From Cyanobacteriota bacterium (lineage in GTDB: Bacteria; Cyanobacteriota; Cyanobacteriia; Cyanobacteriales; Nostocaceae), in the NCBI GenBank assembly GCA_046045965.1, contig JBJOKS010000027.1, positions 1 through 64,000 on the forward strand: DNA of 64,000 nt, in the 5' to 3' direction. This document shows, piece by piece, positions 12,619 to 25,717 of this stretch. Positions within the stretch are counted from its first letter, which is position 1. Each line of letters starts with the position of its first letter. The translations under genes and the position numbers were made by a program. The notes beneath the pieces are model-generated. The model searched no databases and was not told where the DNA came from. It was given only the letters and a program-made list of their open reading frames with translations.

Positions 12619-12734
12619 TAAAAAAACCTGCCGTGATTTAACTGAATAAAAACAGGCAGGTTAATCAGCCTATAACTGATTTTATTGACTGAAGTATTTG
12701 GGGTGGCAAAGATAATAGAAATAGTCAATAAGAC

Positions 12735-13310
12735 TTACTTAATTTTCTGTTTAATAAATGTCACAACCTGAGTTAGCTGTTTCTTCAAATTATCAATTTC
12801 AGCTTGCATCTTGACAATTTTGGCATTCAGAGCCTGAATTTCAGCCGAAGAAGCACCTTCTGTAGCAGAAGCTTTCCCTGGACCTACTTCTATTTTTGGA
12901 GCAGGTACTGGAGTAACAGCATCTTGACGATCTTGTTTAGCAGCCATAACCATAGCTGATTTAATAGCATTAATTAGCTGTCTTTGGTCAAATGGCTTAC
13001 CCAGAAATTCAAAAGATTTAAATGGTTCAGGGATTTTTTCTGTTACTTCTTCCTTACGGCCTGACATGATCACCAAAGGAATTTTCTTTAATTCTGGGTT
13101 GGCTTGAATTTTTTGGAAAACTTCCCACCCACTCATTTTCGGTAAAATAAAATCCAACATGATCAAGCTGACTTTTTCTTGAAGGATGAGATTATATCCT
13201 TCTAAACCGTCTTTTGCTTCCAATACCTCAAAATTGCCCGGAGGCAACATTTCACGTACTTTTACTCTGACAACTGTAGTGTCATCGATAACTAGAATTT
13301 TGTTGGCCAC
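12735..13310 (-). CDS. Response regulator (receiver domain plus C-terminal coiled coil)
   Basis: KILVIDD, LIMLDFILPKMSG, KPF receiver motifs; GTG start. Confidence 0.9.
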   Translation of the reverse strand: MANKILVIDDTTVVRVKVREMLPPGNFEVLEAKDGLEGYNLILQEKVSLIMLDFILPKMSGWEVFQKIQANPELKKIPLVIMSGRKEEVTEKIPEPFKSFEFLGKPFDQRQLINAIKSAMVMAAKQDRQDAVTPVPAPKIEVGPGKASATEGASSAEIQALNAKIVKMQAEIDNLKKQLTQVVTFIKQKIK

Positions 13311-13573
13311 GACTGATTACTCTACCAGAGACTATAAGTTGAGATGGCTGATATGCCGACTGACATTAAGAATTCTCCCACTATATACAAGATTTGTGTA
13401 AATTGGGGGAGAGTATATTTCGGTATAAGTGCTAAAACCGCTAGTAATTTTTCAAATTGCTGCTTGCGTTGTGAACAATGGTTAGTAAGCTATTAGTAGT
13501 TTTACCTTACAAGTATTATATTACAGGGTTTCAAAGTAATTTTTGATCTTGTCAGGCTAATCAACGGATTATT

Positions 13574-14470
13574 ATGACTTCTTCACAAGAACTGAAAACA
13601 GAAATTACCGCAATGCCTAACTGGTTACGCCGTTCTATTGGCAAAGCCAGTGAAATCTCGACGGTACAACGTATTATTAAGCAGCGTCAAATACATACCA
13701 TTTGCGAAGAAGGGCGTTGTCCCAACCGGGGGGAATGCTACGCCCAAAAAACGGCAACTTTTTTACTGATGGGACCTACTTGCACCAGGTCTTGTGCTTT
13801 TTGTCAAGTAGATAAAGGTCATGCACCAATGGCTTTAGACCAGGAAGAACCGCAAAAGGTAGCAGAAGCAGTACAGCTTTTAGAATTGCGTTATGTGGTT
13901 CTCACTTCTGTAGCTCGTGATGATTTAGCAGATGGGGGTGCAGGTCATTTTGTCAAGACGATGGCAACAATTCGCCAGTTCAACCCAGAAACGCAAATTG
14001 AAGTTTTAACCCCAGATTTTTGGGGTGGTGCTGGTGTGGGTGAAACTGGTCAAAAGCAGCGCATAGCTATGATTGTTACTGCTAAACCTGCTTGTTTTAA
14101 TCATAACGTTGAAACAGTACGGAGGTTAACCGGTCGAGTGCGACGGGGTGCAAAATACGATCGCTCTTTAGGAGTGCTGGCAACAGTTAAAGACATTGAT
14201 GCCAGTATACCCACTAAGTCAGGTTTAATGCTGGGACACGGAGAAACTCAAACAGAAATAATTGAGACAATGGCAGATTTACGGACTGTGGGATGCGATC
14301 GCTTAACACTCGGTCAGTATATGCGCCCTTCTTTAGAACATCTGCCAGTTCAAAAATATTGGACACCAGCAGAATTTGATGAACTTGGTAAAATAGCTGA
14401 GGACATGGGTTTTAGTCATGTTCGTTCTGGTCCTCTGGTTCGTAGTTCCTATCACGCTGGGGAATGGTGA
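13574..14470 (+). CDS. lipA: Lipoyl synthase
   Basis: [12 protein letters not shown] and CTRSCAFC clusters, C-terminal RSSYHA. Confidence 0.97.
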   Translation: MTSSQELKTEITAMPNWLRRSIGKASEISTVQRIIKQRQIHTICEEGRCPNRGECYAQKTATFLLMGPTCTRSCAFCQVDKGHAPMALDQEEPQKVAEAVQLLELRYVVLTSVARDDLADGGAGHFVKTMATIRQFNPETQIEVLTPDFWGGAGVGETGQKQRIAMIVTAKPACFNHNVETVRRLTGRVRRGAKYDRSLGVLATVKDIDASIPTKSGLMLGHGETQTEIIETMADLRTVGCDRLTLGQYMRPSLEHLPVQKYWTPAEFDELGKIAEDMGFSHVRSGPLVRSSYHAGEW

Positions 14471-14582
14471 TTGGGGACCCTTGACTGGGGACCCTTGACT
14501 GGGGACTGGGGAGGTAGGGGAAGAAAAGATTTTTACCAATGACTAATGACCAATGACTAATGACCAATGACCAATGACTAAT
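14464..14582. repeat. STRR tracts (TGGGGAC / CAATGAC types)
   Basis: Tandem heptamers after lipA. Confidence 0.8.
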
Positions 14583-14659
14583 ATTTTTAAAGATTCTGGA
14601 AAATTGGCGCATCTGTTTGCTATTTGTTAAAAAGTCATGAAATACAGGAGAATCAAATT

Positions 14660-14776
14660 ATGACCTCTAAAGGTAAAGCTGCTAAACCTTCCTACGTTTT
14701 CCGTGCAAGTTGGGCGTTGCTACTGTTGGCTATCAACTTCTTGGTAGCAGCTTATTACTTCCACATCATCGACTAG
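14660..14776 (+). CDS. psaX: Photosystem I subunit PsaX (38 aa)
   Basis: Manual translation MTSKGKAAKPSYVFRASWALLLLAINFLVAAYYFHIID matches the PsaX consensus; AGGAG RBS; missing from the ORF track. Confidence 0.95.
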   Translation: MTSKGKAAKPSYVFRASWALLLLAINFLVAAYYFHIID

Positions 14777-15100
14777 TTAGACGCAGACTGGTACTGCTTA
14801 AATCAGTGAATAGTTAACAATCAACAGTTATCAGTTGCATGGTGCGGCTTTTCAGTCGTCGATGACACTGATAACTGATACAGCAGGAGTCAGGAGTCAG
14901 GAGTCAGGAGATAGGAGGCAGCTATGCTGGAGGAACCCACCCTTCAAAGAATGGGATTGAAGCAAGGACGCTTTGTATTTGGTGCTACCCATCTCGATAC
15001 AATTCCTTTTTTAAACTGGGCTTTAAACCCAGAACTAAAGTTTTTCATACTTCTTTCCTCCTGCCTCCTGCCCTCTGCCTCCTGCCTTCTTTGTAACTTG

Positions 15101-15967
15101 TTAAATTGTGCCTTTGAATAAACCTTTAGGACGGATGAGCAGCACCAAAATCATAATTAATAGTGCTACACCTTGTTTATACTGGGAACCCAACCAAGGG
15201 GTGCTGACTTCCTGAACGATACCAATAATAAAAGCAGCAGCGATCGCACCGTAGGGGTTGCCGATACCTCCCAAAATTACAGACGCAAATAAAGGCAAAA
15301 TCAAAAACCAGCCCATATTCGGACGCACAGCCGTAATTAAACCGTACATACTACCGCCTAAAGAAGTAAAAGTACCAGCAATTACCCAAGTCCAGAAAAT
15401 TACTCGGTCAACATTAATGCCAGAAACCCTAGCTAAATCTAGATCATCAGCAACTGCTCGCATGGCCTTACCAATTTTGGTGTTTTGTAGCAGGTAGTGA
15501 AGGAACAAAATCGCCAGCACAGCTAACCCTAATACCAATAATTGATTTTGCGGTACTCGTAATTCTCCAAATTCTAAAGCAGGGATGACAGGGAGATTAT
15601 AGTTTTGGTTTTTACCACCCCAGATAAAAATAATGCCATTGCGGAGAAATAACGCCAGTCCGATTGAGATGATAATCAGTGTTGTGGAAGTAGCACGCAC
15701 TGACCGCATCTTTGACCACAGCAATTTTTCTGTCAGTAACATTACCGCTACTGTTCCCGCTGCTGCTAAAATCATGGATAACCAGATATTTACCCCTAAA
15801 GCATTTGCTACCAAAGTCAGATAAGCTCCCAGTGTGAGAAAATCACCGTGAGCAAAGTTAGATAATCGTAAAATTCCATAGGTCAGTGTCAGTCCCACCG
15901 CAGCTAGAGCAATAATGCTACCTACAGCAATGCCGTTAATCATCAATTGAGCCAGTTGTGCATCCAT
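15101..15967 (-). CDS. natD: Neutral/branched-chain amino acid ABC transporter permease (LivH/NatD type)
   Basis: NGIAVGSIIALAAVGLTL..G...NFAHG, GKAMRAV, ILGGIG motifs. Confidence 0.88.
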   Translation of the reverse strand: MDAQLAQLMINGIAVGSIIALAAVGLTLTYGILRLSNFAHGDFLTLGAYLTLVANALGVNIWLSMILAAAGTVAVMLLTEKLLWSKMRSVRATSTTLIIISIGLALFLRNGIIFIWGGKNQNYNLPVIPALEFGELRVPQNQLLVLGLAVLAILFLHYLLQNTKIGKAMRAVADDLDLARVSGINVDRVIFWTWVIAGTFTSLGGSMYGLITAVRPNMGWFLILPLFASVILGGIGNPYGAIAAAFIIGIVQEVSTPWLGSQYKQGVALLIMILVLLIRPKGLFKGTI

Positions 15968-16151
15968 TGTTTAAAGTTTCTATGAAGAAAAAAATAAATG
16001 TGTATTTTAATTCAATAACTGATTAATTAAGCATTACAATTGACACCATCAGTTATGTTTTACAATTAAAAGAGATTTATCCGTTAATATACATAAAATC
16101 CAGTTCATATTTTCCTGCCAAGGTTTAGATTCTTTGGCTGTCTAGTTGACC

Positions 16152-18005
<1,854 letters not shown>

Positions 18006-18222
18006 AACTCTCTTTCTGTCTAGGTTTTAATTTAGATGCTGTACCTCATTGAATCTGCAATCTGCTATATAGTTAATTATTTGTCTGAATTAGGATTTAC
18101 AGGATGATTATTTGTGATTCAGACAATATTTCTCTTCAGAAAAGCTGTCCTAGAAGGACGGGGTTGGAAACCCAAATTTTCTATAATATGAAGTTGTCAG
18201 GTGTTATAGGGTTTTGCAGGAA

Positions 18223-19044
18223 ATGACACTCACAGAAAAACTAGAACAGTTAAAAGCTTTATTTGCAGAAATGGAGCAAGCGTTGATCGCTTACTCAGGG
18301 GGAGTTGATAGTACATTGGTTGCTAAGATTGCTTATGATGTGTTAGGCGATCGCGCTTTAGCTGTAACTGCGGTTTCTCCTTCCTTACTACCAGAAGAAT
18401 TAGCAGACGCGACAGCACAAGCAGCAACTATGGGGATAGCGCATAAAATCGTTCATACCCACGAGATGGAAAATCCCAACTATACCTCAAACCCAGTCAA
18501 CCGTTGCTATTTTTGCAAAAGTGAATTGCACGACACACTCAAACCGCTGGCATTAGAGTTAGGATATCCTTATGTAGTAGATGGGGTAAACGCCGATGAT
18601 TTGCATGATTATCGCCCCGGAATTCAAGCTGCTAAACAAAGAGGTGCGCGATCACCCTTAGCAGAAATTGGTGTCACAAAAGCCGAAGTTCGTCAACTTT
18701 CCCAACAACTTGGCCTACCTTGGTGGGATAAACCTGCTCAACCCTGTTTAAGTTCTCGCTTTCCCTATGGTGAAGAAATTACCATAGCCAAATTACAACG
18801 AGTTGGTAGAGCAGAAATTTATTTAAGAAATCTCGGATGGGATAATTTGCGGGTACGTTCAGAAGGAGATACAGCTAAAATTGAATTACCACCAGAAAAA
18901 ATTGCAGATTTTGTCTTAAAAACAGACTTACCCACAGTTGTTAGTACATTTCAGAATTTAGGATTTATCTACGTCACCTTAGACTTAGAAGGTTATCGCA
19001 GTGGTAAGTTAAACCAAGTTTTACAACAAATTCCAGCCAGATAA
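18223..19044 (+). CDS. larE: ATP-dependent sacrificial sulfur transferase LarE family
   Basis: AYSGGVDS PP-loop, RCYFCK, DYRPG, PCLSSRFPYG, LEGYRSG. Confidence 0.92.
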   Translation: MTLTEKLEQLKALFAEMEQALIAYSGGVDSTLVAKIAYDVLGDRALAVTAVSPSLLPEELADATAQAATMGIAHKIVHTHEMENPNYTSNPVNRCYFCKSELHDTLKPLALELGYPYVVDGVNADDLHDYRPGIQAAKQRGARSPLAEIGVTKAEVRQLSQQLGLPWWDKPAQPCLSSRFPYGEEITIAKLQRVGRAEIYLRNLGWDNLRVRSEGDTAKIELPPEKIADFVLKTDLPTVVSTFQNLGFIYVTLDLEGYRSGKLNQVLQQIPAR

Positions 19045-19155
19045 AGATCAAGTAAGCTGACAATTTTCACAATTTAGCTGCTTTACTCTTGAACTCCTGA
19101 CTCCTGACTCCTGACTCCTGAACTCCTGAACTCCTGAACTCCTTGATCTTCTTCC

Positions 19156-20292
19156 TCACAGCCGTTGAGCAACTCTATATTCTATTTGTTGTAAGGCAGC
19201 TTGCCATACAGCATATCCTGTTGGTGATAAATGCACACCATCTGTCGTTAAGTCAGAACGTAAGTTACCGTCAAAATCTGTAAACCAATTGTGGATATTC
19301 AGATAATTAGCACCTTCTTGTCGGGCAATCAAGGCAATTTGAGCATTGATATGACGAATACGCCGGTTAGGAACTTGAGCGCGGTGAACAGGCAAAATTG
19401 ATTGCACCATAATCTGACTTTTTGAGTGAGTTTGGCGCAAGCTGCGAATAATCCGACGATGATTAAGTAAAATCGTCTGATCACTATCACCCTTGAGTAA
19501 ATCATTAATTCCAATCATCACATAAATCACTTCTGGTCGTGTTGTTGAAAAGGCTGATAATCTTCTCAAAACACCTGTGGAACTATCTCCTGATATCCCT
19601 TGATTCAGCCACAATTTACCAACAGGTAGTTTTTCTTTAGGAAACCACATACTCAAAGAATCACCCACCAAGATACTCAACCGATTTGTACCTTGTCCTT
19701 GGGAAATAGCTCTGGCTTCCATAGCTAATAAGCTTTTCCAATCTTCATAACTGAGTTTATCTTTTTTCGCTGACTTCCAAGAAGACTGTAAATCTTCATC
19801 ATCTACACGAGTGTAAATTTGGCCAGTTTTCAGGGATGCCAATCTTAAATAGTACATTTGAATCCCAGATACCGGAGTTTGCTTGGTTTTTTGAGAACTG
19901 AAGTTCAGTGCTGTTTTTTTAGATGTTGGCAAAACATAGTTTGCTAATTCTGCTAACAAGATGTCAACGTGGGGACTAATTTTCTTCACTTGTACCGGGG
20001 AAGTTTCTGATGCGGATACAGTTTGACTGCTGAATTCTGGTAAAGAAGTGCTTTTCTGGCGTGATCGTAACTGTGAACTCCCTGGTTTGGATATAGCTTG
20101 ACTACTGAATTCTGGTAAAGAAATGTCAACTTTAGAAGTAGCTTTTTCACTTACTGACAACTGTGAACGTGGGTTTATATCCTCCAGAAATCCCGTATTT
20201 TCTGGTGGGAGACTCGACATCTTTGGGAGAGCCGATGTTGGTACTGCCAATCCTGTTAACAAGCTTGCTGCCAACAGATAAGGTTCCTTCAT
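19156..20292 (-). CDS. SGNH/GDSL hydrolase with signal peptide
   Basis: GDSL block I, NQGISGD, GIND, DGVHL. Confidence 0.92.
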   Translation of the reverse strand: MKEPYLLAASLLTGLAVPTSALPKMSSLPPENTGFLEDINPRSQLSVSEKATSKVDISLPEFSSQAISKPGSSQLRSRQKSTSLPEFSSQTVSASETSPVQVKKISPHVDILLAELANYVLPTSKKTALNFSSQKTKQTPVSGIQMYYLRLASLKTGQIYTRVDDEDLQSSWKSAKKDKLSYEDWKSLLAMEARAISQGQGTNRLSILVGDSLSMWFPKEKLPVGKLWLNQGISGDSSTGVLRRLSAFSTTRPEVIYVMIGINDLLKGDSDQTILLNHRRIIRSLRQTHSKSQIMVQSILPVHRAQVPNRRIRHINAQIALIARQEGANYLNIHNWFTDFDGNLRSDLTTDGVHLSPTGYAVWQAALQQIEYRVAQRL

Positions 20293-20533
20293 CGTTTTTT
20301 CTTTCCTTGTAAGTACTCACTGCTTTTCCTTATGACAGCCATATCTAGCTGATTTCAGGAAAATTCTACTTTCCTTACGCTGTATCAAGATCCCCCATGA
20401 GAATGTAATTTTGCATCTTTTAGTATAAAAATAGACAAATAAAAAAAATATTGTTAAATTTTATTCTATATACAATAACGTCGTTTAAAGTGCTAAGATT
20501 TATGCGAAGTCATTAATGTTTCCTTTTATTTCC

Positions 20534-20728
20534 GTGGCTAGAGCTAGTACCGCAATTGGCGTAAGTCCAATCATTAAAGAGACTGTGCAAAAACAGGCAC
20601 ATTCTACACGTCTGACCTTAAAAGAGGTTATCCTCATGGGGATGTTGGCAATTGATAAGCTAGACGATCAAGGTCGTCAAGAATTAGCGGATCAAGTGCA
20701 TAAAATGCAAGTAGATGGCGAGATTTAA
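20534..20728 (+). CDS. Small conserved hypothetical protein (64 aa, possible ribbon-helix-helix-like)
   Basis: GTG start, MARASTAIGVSPIIKETVQKQAHSTRLTLKEVILMGMLAIDKL; protein-like composition. Confidence 0.65.
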   Translation: MARASTAIGVSPIIKETVQKQAHSTRLTLKEVILMGMLAIDKLDDQGRQELADQVHKMQVDGEI

Positions 20729-20814
20729 AATCTGCCTTGAGAAGTCTAAACTCTAAAGTCTCAGGTACATCAACATTGACTGTACTCAAGACAATAGTAA
20801 AACCATGACTGATC

Positions 20815-21220
20815 AAGTGTTGACTCTTGGCTAGATCGAGAGCAACATCTCTTGTAATCAACCTCATTCAGTCTCATTCAGTTCACAAGATACCAAGTGG
20901 TGTGTTGAGTTACATCAACAAAACCCATTCTTTTGGAAAAAGCGAAGGGGGTTAAAACTAATTCCCCTTCATCAGTTAACAACTTAATCAAGAACTCAGC
21001 GAAACTCTGAGGATAACGTACTGAATTAAGTTTAATTACCGCTGATTTACACGAGTGTAAATCAGTACCAACGAATTCAGTATTAGTGTTTTTTAGCAAA
21101 TTCGGCTAAATTGCACTTTGGTTATCCTTTGAGGATTTCTGGTAAATATTGTGTCTGTCAGGAGAAATATGAGCTTGATGGCAATTTTTGAGTAAATTTT
21201 CGTCTACTCTGGCTATAAAG
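20815..21220 (-). pseudogene. Decayed C-terminal fragment of a beta-class (N4-C/N6-A) DNA methyltransferase
   Basis: Reads YSQS/NLLKN..HNIYQKSSKDNQSAI*PNLLKNTNTE...RYPQSFAEFLIKLLTDEGELVLTPFAFS; resembles the HPARFP...FIKFLTDEGD.VLDPFAGS motif; internal stop and frameshifts. Confidence 0.7.
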
Positions 21221-21328
21221 CTATTAATTACACCTAAATTACCTAAGAGTTTAACATTAAATACGCTGCAAATCAAGATATTTTATAGTCACAAATGTGA
21301 TTTATGGATTTTTCCTCTTCCTCAGTCC

Positions 21329-22564
21329 TTAATATCGGCTCAAAACCAAAAATCCTACCTGAAATAACCCGACAACAAAACCTAAAATACCGCCTAAAGT
21401 CACAATTGCTTGTAATTCGTTTTTGACAATTCCTTCAATAGCGGCTTCTAAATCAGCAGGTGAAGTTGATTTTACTCGGTCAACGATCACTTGATCTATA
21501 GATAAAATGGGAATTACTTGGGCAACAATTGCTTCTAAATCTCTTTCTAAATAACGTTCTAAAATTAAAGCTAACTCTTGGGAAACTACTTCTAAAGAAG
21601 TATTGACAACTGGTGAATTTCGCAAACGATTTAAAAGCAACACAGCAATATTTTCCCAGTCCGCTGATTCAGTTAATTCCTGTAACAAATTGCTACCACT
21701 TTTTTGTAAGTAATGGCGCACACTCTCCCTAGTGGTTTTTCTGAGTTGGCGAACTGTACCAACTGGTAAATTTTGTAGAGATAAATCTTGTAATAATTTT
21801 TTGAGGCGATCGCGCATTTGCAAATCTTGGGTTAATTCTTGCAAGCGTTTATTAGTAGCCTCTTTTTCATCCAAACAAAAAGTCCTTAGCCGGGTGAGAG
21901 TATTACGTAAACCAAATAGATTAGCAACTACCCAATAAGTACCGCTAGTTTTTTCTCGAAAGCTGTCATCAATAGTTTGAATAGTGCGATCCGTCAAAAA
22001 ATCAACTATTGCTTGTCGTAAAACATCAGGCGGTAAAACCACTTGCAACAACCAATCAGCTAACCGTGTAGATTGTTCTTCAGTGAGTTGAAATTCCAGT
22101 AATATCTGGTCAAAAATTTGATTAATTTGCGCTTCTAAAAAATTTTCTTGTCGTGCTAAAACTTTTAAGAGGCGTGGTAAGGACTCTCCCAACAAATCCC
22201 GTAAAATTCCCGCCACAACTTTAACACTTTTCTGGTTTTTATCACCTTGGATTTGTTCAATTGCCAATTGCAATAACCAGAGAATCGCACCTTGTACCCG
22301 TTCTGTTTGTAAGAGTCGCTTTGCCAGCTTTTGCAATTCTTCTGGCGTTAACAGCGATCCCATAATAGTATTAGAGATATTTTTTGCCAATCTTTCCTGA
22401 TTACGGGGAATCAAGCCAGGAGTAAAAGGCAATCTTCGCCCCCAAATATAGATAGCTTGGTAAGGGCGAAATAGCATTTTTATGGCTATATCGTTGGTGA
22501 AATAGCCGATAACTCCGCCCAAAACTGGGGGTGATACATAAAGCCAAAGATGAGACCAATCCAC
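21329..22564 (-). CDS. DUF445 family membrane protein
   Basis: [23 protein letters not shown]...[11 protein letters not shown] and [13 protein letters not shown] termini; true start likely GTG 22564 (the ORF-track extension is STRR). Confidence 0.88.
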   Translation of the reverse strand: MDWSHLWLYVSPPVLGGVIGYFTNDIAIKMLFRPYQAIYIWGRRLPFTPGLIPRNQERLAKNISNTIMGSLLTPEELQKLAKRLLQTERVQGAILWLLQLAIEQIQGDKNQKSVKVVAGILRDLLGESLPRLLKVLARQENFLEAQINQIFDQILLEFQLTEEQSTRLADWLLQVVLPPDVLRQAIVDFLTDRTIQTIDDSFREKTSGTYWVVANLFGLRNTLTRLRTFCLDEKEATNKRLQELTQDLQMRDRLKKLLQDLSLQNLPVGTVRQLRKTTRESVRHYLQKSGSNLLQELTESADWENIAVLLLNRLRNSPVVNTSLEVVSQELALILERYLERDLEAIVAQVIPILSIDQVIVDRVKSTSPADLEAAIEGIVKNELQAIVTLGGILGFVVGLFQVGFLVLSRY

Positions 22565-22596
22565 AGGATTTTGGATTAGAGAAAGAGGACAAGGTA

Positions 22597-22692
22597 CTGG
22601 GGATTGGGGACTGGGGACTGGGGATTGGGGACTGGGGACTGGAGGAATTAACCTTCCACTTCTTGCCTTTTGCCTTTTGCCTCTTGCCTCCA
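22597..22692. repeat. STRR tracts (CTGGGGA)n and (TTGCCTT)n
   Basis: Tandem heptamers between menG and DUF445. Confidence 0.9.
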
Positions 22693-22700
22693 AATACCAA

Positions 22701-23411
22701 TCACCTAATTACTACTAACACTCCCATCATACCGTTAGAAATGGGGTAATGTGTGGCATTGACAAAACCAGCTTTTTGTGCTATTTGGACTTGCTCTTTA
22801 CCAATGGGGAAGCGGTCTAAGCTGGGACTGATATAAGCATATTCTTCCTTGACACCTAAATTAGTTGCCAGGGGAACAACGAGGTTATCTAAATACCACT
22901 GCTGAAAAGCGCGGAACATTGTATTACTAGGCCGATGAAAGTCTAAAATTGCTGCTTTACCACCGGGCTTGAGAACACGATATATTTCTTGGAGACTGCG
23001 AGGAATATCTTTAACATTTCTTAAACCATAGCCCATTGTGATGGCATCAAATTGATGGTCATCAAAGGGTAAATTGAGGACATCAGCTTCTATCCAAGTA
23101 ATAGGAGGTTGGGGGTAATATCTTTGGCAGCGTTCTTTGGCGGTGGCGAGTAAGTTGCAGGAAAAGTCTACACCATAAACCTTTCCCGTCACTCCCACAC
23201 GTCGCGCTAATTGAAAAGTTAAATCACCACTACCGCAGCATAAATCTAAACAGGTATCTCCTGGTTTAGCTGCACTCCATTTAACTGTCATTTCTTTCCA
23301 GATCCGGTGTTGTCCCAGACTTAAGTAATCGTTTAATTGGTCATAAACTGGGGCAATACGGTCAAAAATGCTGCGAATTTCGTCGTTAATGGGTGATTGA
23401 TAATTGGTCAT
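22701..23411 (-). CDS. menG: UbiE/MenG-family quinone methyltransferase
   Basis: [48 protein letters not shown]. Confidence 0.9.
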   Translation of the reverse strand: MTNYQSPINDEIRSIFDRIAPVYDQLNDYLSLGQHRIWKEMTVKWSAAKPGDTCLDLCCGSGDLTFQLARRVGVTGKVYGVDFSCNLLATAKERCQRYYPQPPITWIEADVLNLPFDDHQFDAITMGYGLRNVKDIPRSLQEIYRVLKPGGKAAILDFHRPSNTMFRAFQQWYLDNLVVPLATNLGVKEEYAYISPSLDRFPIGKEQVQIAQKAGFVNATHYPISNGMMGVLVVIR

Positions 23412-23441
23412 TTGCCGGGTAGTCAAGACAATTAGGTTAAT

Positions 23442-24383
23442 TTAGATACAATTACTGGAAAGAGCGATCGCTACTAATTGTACTGATAGATGAATGAGGT
23501 TAAGTTCATCTGCCCTTAAATTACAAGGTTGTTGCCACTGTAGCGATAATACCCCTAACATCCGCTGTCGATAAATAATCGGGATAATTAGATGTGCTTG
23601 AACTCCAGCAGCTTGGTAATGAGTAAGATTACTGAGATTAGGGTCTTTAGGTATATTTAAAGAAGATTGGATTTCACCAGTGGCGATCGCTGTTTTGAAG
23701 AGTGAATCTTGGGAGAGCCAATTTTCAACCACACCGGTTTTACTGTAAACCCCCTGAGTGCCAACCAGCGTATTTTCTGTCATCATTTGGACAATACAAC
23801 CATCAGCGGCAAAAGTTTCACTAAAGGCTTTAGCAATGGGAGCGAGAATTTCCTCTAAGCTAGAAGCAGCTTGAGTTACTTCCACCAAAACAGTCAAGAG
23901 ATGCATTTGGGCATTAGCGCGACGTAGTTCTTCTGTTCGCTGTTTGAGCAAATCATAGGTGGCTGCGGCTCTTTGTACTACCTCCTTGAGTTCTCCAGAG
24001 TCCCAAGGTTTGGTGATGTACTTAAAAACTTGACCAGAATTAATTGCTTCTACCAAGTCTTCAATATCAGTAAAGCCGGTGAGGATAATTCTGACTGTAT
24101 CGGGAAATTGTGGTAGAGTCCTGCTGAGAAATTCAGTACCTTTCATTTCTGGCATTCGCTGATCGGAGATAATTACCGCTACTTCCCCTTCTTGTTCCAA
24201 CAATTGTAGAGCATTTACACCACTTTCAGCTTTGAGGACGTTAAAATCACGGCGAAAGGTACGATAAAGTAGATCCAGATTATCTGGTTCATCATCAACT
24301 ACCAAAATTTTCAGTTTTTTTCGGCGTTCGCGACTACTTAATTGAGAGCGCACTTGCTCAATTTCGAGATTGGGGTTATCCAT
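23442..24383 (-). CDS. Response regulator with C-terminal GAF domain
   Basis: ILVVDDEPD, ISDQRMP, KYITKPW; C-terminal HLIIPI...LGVLSL GAF motif. Confidence 0.9.
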   Translation of the reverse strand: MDNPNLEIEQVRSQLSSRERRKKLKILVVDDEPDNLDLLYRTFRRDFNVLKAESGVNALQLLEQEGEVAVIISDQRMPEMKGTEFLSRTLPQFPDTVRIILTGFTDIEDLVEAINSGQVFKYITKPWDSGELKEVVQRAAATYDLLKQRTEELRRANAQMHLLTVLVEVTQAASSLEEILAPIAKAFSETFAADGCIVQMMTENTLVGTQGVYSKTGVVENWLSQDSLFKTAIATGEIQSSLNIPKDPNLSNLTHYQAAGVQAHLIIPIIYRQRMLGVLSLQWQQPCNLRADELNLIHLSVQLVAIALSSNCI

Positions 24384-24561
24384 AAGTTTCTTTATATGTT
24401 CTTCACAATTTTGTTATATTCCAGACAAGGCTGATTTGAGCATCCTGGTCGTCAGTGACTCAACACAAATATTTTTGTGCTGGCATTTCGAGATTAGAAT
24501 GAGATTTGCTGCTCAGATTAAGCTGTAACATATTTTATATTGAAGCTTGCACTTCAGAATT

Positions 24562-25647
24562 ATGACTGAACTACCATCCAACACTCAAGATACTGACAAT
24601 GCTGCTCATGATACAGCAGAAGAATTATTAGTCAAACTCAGACAAAAACAAGGTAACTGGGTGGAATGGGGAGTAGCGATCGCCTACCTGCAAAAAAACG
24701 GTTATAATCCCCAAGAAATCTTTGAATCTACTGGATTTGAGCCAATTCAACAGAATCAAGTGATTGTTGGCGCTCAAGTTTACGGTGCTTTAGAAAAATT
24801 TGGCGCATCCGAAGCAACACGAGCATACTACGGTACAAGAGCTAGTGATATTCTCTATGAACTGCGGTTACTGACTCAAGAAGACCGCGCCGCAGCTGCT
24901 GATCTGATTTTTATCCATAAACTCGATGTAGACGAAGCGCGGGATATCGCTAAAGCAATTAAAGATTTTTCTCGTTTTTCTACTCCACCACAAGGTTTTG
25001 TTAAACATCCAGGGGATGCAGTTGCTTATCAAGCGTGGAAACTAGCTAGACAAAATTCAGATTTACAAGAGCGATCGCGCTTAATTGCCAAGGGTTTGCG
25101 GTTTGTGCATTCGCCCACAGCTAGGAAACAAATCGAACAACTATTAACTGATTTTACCGTAGTTCACCAACGTCCTGCCCCAATTCTTCCCTTCTTCCGG
25201 CTGGAGTCAGATGAAGAATTACCCCGGCTTGTACCTGTAGTGGGTGAATTACCATTAACACCTCAAGATGTAAAAGCTGTTCCCATAATTACAGAAGTTG
25301 GACCATTTCGCATGGTTAAATTTACTGGTGAACAAGTTTGGGTAGCCTTACCAGGTTGGCAAATATTAAGAGCTGCGGAAGATCCGGTTGTAATTGTTGC
25401 TAGTAGTGATATTTTTCCTAGCCCCACGCAAACTTACATAGAACCAATTTTAATCGTTATAGATCGCGCTCAAAGAGATTGGGATGCGTCTAGTCATTTT
25501 GCCTTTGATAATTCTGGAGAAGTTGATTTTCAGTGGTTTGAAACCGCACCAGAAAATACTTTGTTAGGGAAAATTATCATTATTTTACGTCCTAAGAAAG
25601 TTCTCGATGAAGAATTTAACAAGGATGCTTGGCAGATTGATGAATAA
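24562..25647 (+). CDS. raf1: RuBisCO accumulation factor 1
   Basis: LRQKQGNWVEWG, TGFEPIQQNQVIVGAQVY, LYELRLL, C-terminal WQIDE. Confidence 0.93.
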   Translation: MTELPSNTQDTDNAAHDTAEELLVKLRQKQGNWVEWGVAIAYLQKNGYNPQEIFESTGFEPIQQNQVIVGAQVYGALEKFGASEATRAYYGTRASDILYELRLLTQEDRAAAADLIFIHKLDVDEARDIAKAIKDFSRFSTPPQGFVKHPGDAVAYQAWKLARQNSDLQERSRLIAKGLRFVHSPTARKQIEQLLTDFTVVHQRPAPILPFFRLESDEELPRLVPVVGELPLTPQDVKAVPIITEVGPFRMVKFTGEQVWVALPGWQILRAAEDPVVIVASSDIFPSPTQTYIEPILIVIDRAQRDWDASSHFAFDNSGEVDFQWFETAPENTLLGKIIIILRPKKVLDEEFNKDAWQIDE

Positions 25648-25717
25648 TTGGTAATGGGTAATTGGTAATGGGTAATGGGTAATTGGTAATATTAATTTTT
25701 CTCTTGCCTTTTGCCTA

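Noticed and set aside
12381..12728. ORFs 12381-12563 and 12498-12728
   Set aside because: Lie within the inverted-repeat element; low-information translations
22565..22693. N-terminal extensions of DUF445 (PVPSPQS repeats) and similarly of the cupin (56294-56341)
   Set aside because: Encoded by STRR heptamers upstream of better family-consistent starts
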